Of a stretch of 64,000 bases of DNA, positions 62,301 through 64,000 are shown piece by piece. Position 1 is the first letter of the stretch, and the number at the start of each line of letters is the position of its first letter. This DNA is from Eledone cirrhosa (lineage: Eukaryota), in assembly GCA_964016885.1 (NCBI GenBank), contig OZ024743.1, positions 209,994,001 through 210,058,000 of the forward strand, given 5' to 3'. A program made the position numbers and the translations under genes. The notes under the pieces were generated by a model. That model made no database searches. It saw only the letters and a list, made by a program, of their open reading frames with translations, and was not told the origin of the DNA.

Positions 62301-64000
62301 TTACCATCCTATAGCCACAGATGAAAGCTGTTCACTCCATAAGATATACCACAGTTTACCATCCTATAGCCACACATGAAAGCTCTTCACTCCATAAGAT
62401 ATACCACAGTTTACCATCCTATAGCCACAGATGAAAGCTGTTCACTCCATAATATATACGACAGTTTAACATCCTATATCCACAGATGAAAGCTGTTCAC
62501 TCCATAAGATATACGACAGTTTACCATCCTATAGCCAGATGAAAGCTCTTCACTCCATAAGATATATCACAGTTTACCATCCTATAGCCACAGATGAAAG
62601 CTGTTCACTCCATAAGATATACCACAGTTTACCATCCTATAGCCAGATGAAAGCTCTTCACTCCATAAGATATACCACAGTTTACCATCCTAAAGCCACA
62701 GATGAAAGCTCTTCACTCCATAAGATATACCACAGTTTACCATCCTATAGCGACAGATGAAAGCTGTTTACTCCATAAGATATACCACAGTTTACCATCC
62801 TATAGCCAGATGAAAGCTCTTCACTCCATAAGATATACCACAGTTTACCATCCTATAGCCACAGATGAAAGCTGTTCACTCCATAAGATATACCACAGTT
62901 TACCATCCTATAGCCAGATGAAAGCTCTTCACTCCATAAGATATACCACAGTTTACCATCCTAAAGCCACAGATGAAAGCTCTTCACTCCATAAGATATA
63001 CCACAGTTTACCATCCTATAGCCACAGATGAAAGCTCTTCACTCCATAAGATATACCACAGTTTACCATCCTAAAATCACAGATGAAAGCTCTTCACTCC
63101 ATAAGATATACCACAGTTTACCATCCTATAGCCACAGATGAAAGCTCTTCACTCCATAAGATATACCACAGTTTACCATCCTATAGCCACAGATGAAAGC
63201 TCTTCACCCCATAAGATATACCACAGTTTACCATCCTATAGCCACACATGAAAGCTCTTCACTCCATAAGATATACCACAGTTTACCATCCTATAGCCAC
63301 ACATGAAAGCTCTTCACTCCATAAGATATACCACAGTTTACCATCCTATAGCCACACATGAAAGCTCTTCACTCCATAAGATATACCACAGTTTACCATC
63401 CTATAGCCACAGATGAAAGCTCTTCACCCCATAAGATATAACACAGTTCACCATCCTATAGCCACACATGAAAGCTCTTCACCCCATCAGATATACCACA
63501 GTTTACCATCCTATTGCCACACATTAAAGCTCTTCACTCCATAATATATACCAGAGTTTACCATCCTATAGCCACACATGAAAGCTCTTCACTCCATAAG
63601 ATATACCACAGTTTACCATCCTATAGCCAGATGAAAGCTCTTCACTCCATAAGATATACGATAGTTTACCATCCTATAGCCACACATGAAATCTCTTCAC
63701 TCCATAAGATATACCACAGTTTACCATCCTATAGCCACACATGAAAGCTCTTCACTCCATAAGATATACCACAGTTTACCATCCTATAGCCACACATGAA
63801 AGCTCTTCACTCCATAAGATATACCACAGTTTACCATCCTATAGCCACACATGAAAGCTCTTCACTCCATAAGATATACCACAGTTTACCATCCTATAGC
63901 CACACATGAAAGCTCTTCACTCCATAAGATATACCACAGTTTACCATCCTATAGCCACAGATGAAAGCTCTTCACCCCATAAGATATACCACAGTTTACC
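53380..64000 (+). repeat. Higher-order block A, copy 3 and its continuation
   Basis: Carries the block-A markers (~56275, ~56605, ~56979). Its right end shares CTAAAATCAC (~63071 vs ~15845) and CACAGTTCACC (~63442 vs ~16215) with copy 2. Confidence 0.88.
58050..62220 (+). repeat. 2086-bp (38-monomer) tandem duplication
   Basis: ORF starts 58521/59342/59827 map to 60607/61428/61913. Variants ATAGCAAAAC (59121/61207), 53-bp GCCACATG (~59454/~61540) and ATACTACAG (~59647/~61733) are shared by both copies. Confidence 0.9.

Larger units (their letters stand above)
1..64000 (+). repeat. Tandem satellite array, 55-bp monomer (~1,170 copies), extending past both window edges
   Basis: The consensus recurs continuously from base 1 to 64000, mostly with 0-3 substitutions per copy. 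Length variants are 53 bp (GCCAGATG) and 60 bp (5-bp insertion). No non-repeat sequence or inversion was seen. Confidence 0.99.

Noticed and set aside
343-63744. About 100 plus-strand ORFs encoding MKALHSIRYTTVYHPIAT / HESSSLHKIYHSLPSYSQ repeats
   Set aside because: 55 mod 3 = 1, so reading cycles through frames and hits TGA/TAA/TAG in the third monomer. ORFs lengthen only where 53- or 60-bp monomers reset the frame (55+53 = 108 bp = 36 aa). The longest is 132 aa, with no recognisable domain or gene context, and several start at TTG.
1-64000. CRISPR array or other repeat-spacer/cassette system
   Set aside because: There are no unique spacers; the whole unit is repeated, and no cas, integrase or leader sequence is present.
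1-64000. Telomerase-type telomeric repeat (G-rich minus strand with TGTGG/GGATGG)
   Set aside because: The unit is 55 bp, and variants are propagated in kb-scale duplicated blocks, which fits recombination rather than templated addition. A subtelomeric location cannot be excluded from this window.
1-64000. tRNA/5S/snRNA tandem gene cluster, or TATA promoters (TATA in each monomer)
   Set aside because: No cloverleaf, A/B box or recognisable RNA gene similarity; the unit is too short, and the TATA 4-mers have no downstream gene.
1-64000. Pure assembly artefact or synthetic concatemer
   Set aside because: Duplicated blocks differ by private substitutions and monomer gains or losses in a nested, tree-like way, as expected of a natural array. 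Individual junctions still need read validation.

Overview
The whole 64 kb window is one uninterrupted head-to-tail satellite DNA array of about 1,170 monomers, all in the same orientation. The consensus is 55 bp and 40% GC: ATGAAAGCTCTTCACTCCATAAGATATACCACAGTTTACCATCCTATAGCCACA(C/G). I see no unique sequence, transposon, RNA gene, CRISPR spacer or credible protein-coding gene. Every ORF in the track is an arithmetic by-product of 55/53/60-bp monomer phasing. I do not recognise the satellite family or organism; a eukaryotic heterochromatic array is the likely context (inference). The information lies in the variant pattern. Length variants (53 and 60 bp) cluster at one hotspot. Duplications are nested from 55 bp up to 8.8 kb, and a ~45-54 kb long-range recurrence links the two ends of the window. 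A central domain (~26.5-47.4 kb) carries its own diagnostic variants between two similar flanks, and there are footprints of sub-monomer gene conversion. I found no evidence for a new gene-encoded system. All counts and breakpoints were read by eye and are approximate, to within about one monomer.
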